In this document: one piece after another, positions 61,292 through 64,000 of the stretch
Layout of the letters: each line of letters begins with the position of its first letter
Numbering within the stretch: the first letter of the stretch is position 1
The notes under the pieces: generated by a model
Database searches by the model: none
Told to the model about the DNA's origin: nothing
What the model saw: the letters and a program-made list of their open reading frames with translations, nothing else
Program-made: the position numbers and the translations under genes
DNA from: Myxococcales bacterium
GTDB taxonomy: Bacteria; Myxococcota_A; UBA9042
Direction of reading: 5' to 3'
Assembly (NCBI GenBank): GCA_037441385.1
Contig: JBBISH010000010.1
Span: 25,615-89,614, forward strand
DNA length: 64,000 nucleotides

Positions 61292-62238
61292 GTCCGACGG
61301 CCTCGTGCGAGGTGTCGGTCGTCGTACCGGTGTACGGCGGCGAGGCGACCGTGGCTGAGCTGGCCGCGGGGCTGGCGGCGGCACTGCACGACCGCGACTG
61401 GGAGATCTTGTTCGTGTGTGATCGGCCGCGCGACGGCTCGTGGGCGCAAGTGCAGAAGTTGGCGGCTGAAAACCCGCGGGTGCGGGCGCTGCTTTTTCGG
61501 CGCAACTACGGTCAGCACCCCGCGCTGCTCTGCGGCATCCGTCTGGCGCGCGGCCGCACCGTCGTCACGATGGACGAGGATCTGCAACACAACCCGGCAG
61601 ACGTGCCGGCGCTGGTCGCCTTGGCCGAGCGCGAACAGGCGCTGGTCTACGGCACCTCGGCGCAGTTGCACCACGGCGGCTTTCGCAACCTGGCGTCGCG
61701 CCTGCTCAAGCACTTCTTGGCTCGTTTTCTGGGTGTGGAGTTCGGCCGCAACATGAGCGCGTTCCGCGCGTTTCCCACTCAGGCGCGCGAAGCGTTTGCC
61801 GACTACCGCTCGGCGATGGTCGCCGTGGACGTGCTGTTGAGCTGGGCGGCGCTGCCGGTGCGAGCGCTCCCGTGCGCGCATGCGCCGCGGCGGGCCGGAA
61901 GCTCGGGTTATACGTTCGCTAAGCTGATGAAATTGATGGGGGACATGGTGCTCGGCTTTTCGGTGGCACCGCTGCGGCTGGTGACTTGGTCGGGGCTGCT
62001 GGCGATGCTAGCCGCGTTTGCCATGGCCGCGGTGGTGCTGGTCAATTGGCTGATCCATGGCTCGGCCGTGCCGGGTTTTGCCTTCTTGGGCTTGGCAGTG
62101 ACGCTGCTGGGCGGTGTGCAACTGCTGGCGCTGGGCCTTTTGGGCGAGTACCTGGGGCGGTTGTACGGCAGCGCGCTGGGGCGCCCGCAGTACTTGGTGG
62201 CGGACCGGACTTGGCGCGAGCCCGAGCCGGGCGCATGA
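61288..62238 (+). CDS. GT2 polyprenol-phosphate glycosyltransferase (ArnC/GtrB-like)
   Basis: SVVVPVY, RNYGQHPA, TMDEDLQH, two C-terminal TM helices, GEYLGR; GTGA overlap. Confidence 0.88.
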   Translation: MSPTASCEVSVVVPVYGGEATVAELAAGLAAALHDRDWEILFVCDRPRDGSWAQVQKLAAENPRVRALLFRRNYGQHPALLCGIRLARGRTVVTMDEDLQHNPADVPALVALAEREQALVYGTSAQLHHGGFRNLASRLLKHFLARFLGVEFGRNMSAFRAFPTQAREAFADYRSAMVAVDVLLSWAALPVRALPCAHAPRRAGSSGYTFAKLMKLMGDMVLGFSVAPLRLVTWSGLLAMLAAFAMAAVVLVNWLIHGSAVPGFAFLGLAVTLLGGVQLLALGLLGEYLGRLYGSALGRPQYLVADRTWREPEPGA

Positions 62239-62262
62239 ACTCGCCGGACAACCGGATGTAGC

Positions 62263-63396
62263 TTGCTGCGGTTTCACGAACCCTTTGTAACTGGACGCGA
62301 AAGTGGCTACCTGGCCCAGGTGCTGGCCGGCAGTCATTTCGCTGGCAACGGGCCCTTTGGCAAGCGCGTTCAGGCCTGGCTAGAGCGGCACACCGGCAGT
62401 CCGCACGTCTTGCTGACGCATTCGTGCACCGGCGCGCTGGAAATGGCGGCGCTGCTTGCTGATCTGCAGCCGGGCGACGAAGTGCTGCTGCCGTCGTTCA
62501 CCTTTGTCAGCACCGCCACCGCCTTTGTGCGGGCTGGCGCCAAGCTGGTGTTTTGCGAGGTCGATCCGACCACGATGACGCTGGATCTGGCCGACGTAGA
62601 GCGCCGCCTGACGCCGCGCAGCAAAGTCGTCGTGCCCGTGCACTACGCCGGGTTGAGTTGCGACATGGCCAAGTTGGTGACTTTTGCCAAGCAGCACGGG
62701 CTGCAAGTCATCGAAGACGCTGCGCAAGGCCTGGATGCCTACCGCGACGGCCGCCACCTGGGCACGTGGGGGCGGTTGGGCACGCTGTCGTTCCACGAGA
62801 CCAAGAACGTCCACTGTGGCTTGGGCGGGGCGCTGCTCATCAACGACCCGCCCCTGCTGGAACGAGCTGAGATCATCTGGGAACGCGGTACCAACCGCCA
62901 AAAGATGTTCAAGGGCCTGGTCGACAAGTACAGCTGGGTCGATGTGGGCTCTAGCTTCTACATGACCGAACTGCAGGCCGCGTTTTTGCTGGCGCAGCTA
63001 GAGGCGCTGGCCGACAACACCGCGCTGCGCCTGGGTCAGTGGCACCACTACGCGGAACGCCTGGCCCCGCTGGCCGCCACTGGTCATGTGCAACTGGCCC
63101 GGATGGCCCCCGCTGCCCAAGCCAATGGCCACTGCTTCTTTGTGCTGGCCCGCAACGGCGCCGAAGCGGACGCGCTGCGCGAGCACATGGTCGCCCGCGG
63201 CTTCCAGACCACCATCCACTATGTGCCGCTGCACGCTTCGGAAATGGGCAAGAAGCTGGGCTATGCCGACGGCGACTTGCCCGTCACGCTGGATGCGGCG
63301 GCGCGGCTGTTGCGGTTGCCGCTGCACCACAAGCTGTCGCTGGCGGACGTGGACCACGTGGCGGACGCGATGCTGCAGTTCTTTGGCGCGCGATGA
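62263..63396 (+). CDS. rffA: dTDP-4-amino-4,6-dideoxygalactose transaminase (DegT family)
   Basis: SCTGALEMAA, PSFTFVST, EDAAQG, SFHETKN, GTNR..F.G.VDKYSWVDVGSS, HYVPLH. Confidence 0.85.
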   Translation: MLRFHEPFVTGRESGYLAQVLAGSHFAGNGPFGKRVQAWLERHTGSPHVLLTHSCTGALEMAALLADLQPGDEVLLPSFTFVSTATAFVRAGAKLVFCEVDPTTMTLDLADVERRLTPRSKVVVPVHYAGLSCDMAKLVTFAKQHGLQVIEDAAQGLDAYRDGRHLGTWGRLGTLSFHETKNVHCGLGGALLINDPPLLERAEIIWERGTNRQKMFKGLVDKYSWVDVGSSFYMTELQAAFLLAQLEALADNTALRLGQWHHYAERLAPLAATGHVQLARMAPAAQANGHCFFVLARNGAEADALREHMVARGFQTTIHYVPLHASEMGKKLGYADGDLPVTLDAAARLLRLPLHHKLSLADVDHVADAMLQFFGAR

Positions 63397-63429
63397 GGTA
63401 GCCGTTCAGAGGAACCGCCGCCGCTTCCG

Positions 63430-63486
63430 ACCTGGATGGCTCGGCTGTTCCGCCCTGCAACTGTCGAGAGTCAGGCGGGGTTCGTG
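63430..63486 (-). mobile_element. Degenerate fragment of the 132-bp repeat
   Basis: CTGCAACTGTCGAGAGTCAGGCGGGG resembles the core CTGCAACTGGCGAGAATCAGGCGGGG. Confidence 0.45.
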
Positions 63487-63558
63487 TCAGACGGACTCCG
63501 CGCCACGGAGCGGGTTCCAATCGGCCTTGGTCCGTGCGGTTGGGCAGCTCTGCAGGCG

Positions 63559-63999
63559 CTACGGGCAGATGTCGTTGACGCCAAGCGCCATGGCTCCACA
63601 ACCTTGCGGACATTGGACGGCAATGCCGCTGGACGCACTGCACTTGTGCAGCTTGCCGTCGCTCTTGCAGGTCCAGTACTGGGCACCGGCGTACGACGAA
63701 TTGGCGCAGTTCCATGCAGGGTCCGCGACCGCGCAGAGGTCGTCCTTGCCGGCAGAACGCTTGAAGCAGCCGTAGTTGCCGCACGACTCTTTCTGGGGAA
63801 CGCCACCGACGCAACGGTAGCGCTCGCTGCCCGAGCACGTCCAGTACTGCGCGCCATTGTAGCTCGAGTTGGCGCAGTTCCACGAAACGGCCGGCGGCGT
63901 GGCGCAGTTGCTGCCGCTGTAGCCGCCGCTGCAGGTGCAGAGGCCGTTGGCGGTGTTGCAGGTGCCATGGCCCGAGCAGTTGCCGGGGCAGCTGTAGCT
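63559..63999 (-). CDS. 3' end of a Cys-rich extracellular protein with tenascin-type EGF domain (runs off the window)
   Basis: Hand translation: CPGNCSGHGTCNTANGLCTCSGGYSGSNC, then two WNCANSSY.GAQYWTC repeats, stop at 63559. Confidence 0.8.
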   Translation of the reverse strand, partial: SYSCPGNCSGHGTCNTANGLCTCSGGYSGSNCATPPAVSWNCANSSYNGAQYWTCSGSERYRCVGGVPQKESCGNYGCFKRSAGKDDLCAVADPAWNCANSSYAGAQYWTCKSDGKLHKCSASSGIAVQCPQGCGAMALGVNDICP

Positions 64000-64000
64000 G

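Noticed and set aside
59390..63396. Sugar-nucleotide cluster as a novel pathway
   Set aside because: Methyltransferase + rmlA + GT2 + wecE-like aminotransferase is a common envelope glycosylation arrangement

Overview
High-GC bacterial DNA whose gene content suggests Myxococcota or a related deltaproteobacterium (inference from VIT/VWA and DUF2330 lipoproteins, a Ser/Thr kinase, an FHA protein, Cys-rich repeat lipoproteins and cytochrome c3). I found no rRNA, tRNA, CRISPR array or transposase. In order, the window holds: an MlaE/F/D-type MCE operon ending in a PqiC-like lipoprotein fused to a probable beta-barrel; an adenylate cyclase; a minus-strand cluster of VWA/VIT/DUF2330 envelope proteins with a sigma54 site; a kinase/patatin pair; a lower-GC HTH-PIN-HEPN-like island; an Hpt, hemerythrin-PAS and two hybrid histidine kinases; a redox locus; and a dTDP-amino-sugar cluster. 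The standout is the redox locus at 42-56 kb. A ~3232-aa lipoprotein cytochrome with 83 hand-counted heme-binding motifs (15 tandem ~180-aa pentaheme modules plus an 8-motif cap) is transcribed divergently from a porin and an octaheme HAO-family cytochrome. A perfect FNR-type box lies between them and a tetraheme c3 gene is nearby. The second notable signal is a 132-bp TA-bounded dispersed repeat (MITE/ERIC-like) with about 11 full, deleted or degenerate copies. Several copies abut stop codons, and one sits in-frame inside the kinase gene. Product calls come from motif recognition only; no database searches were run.
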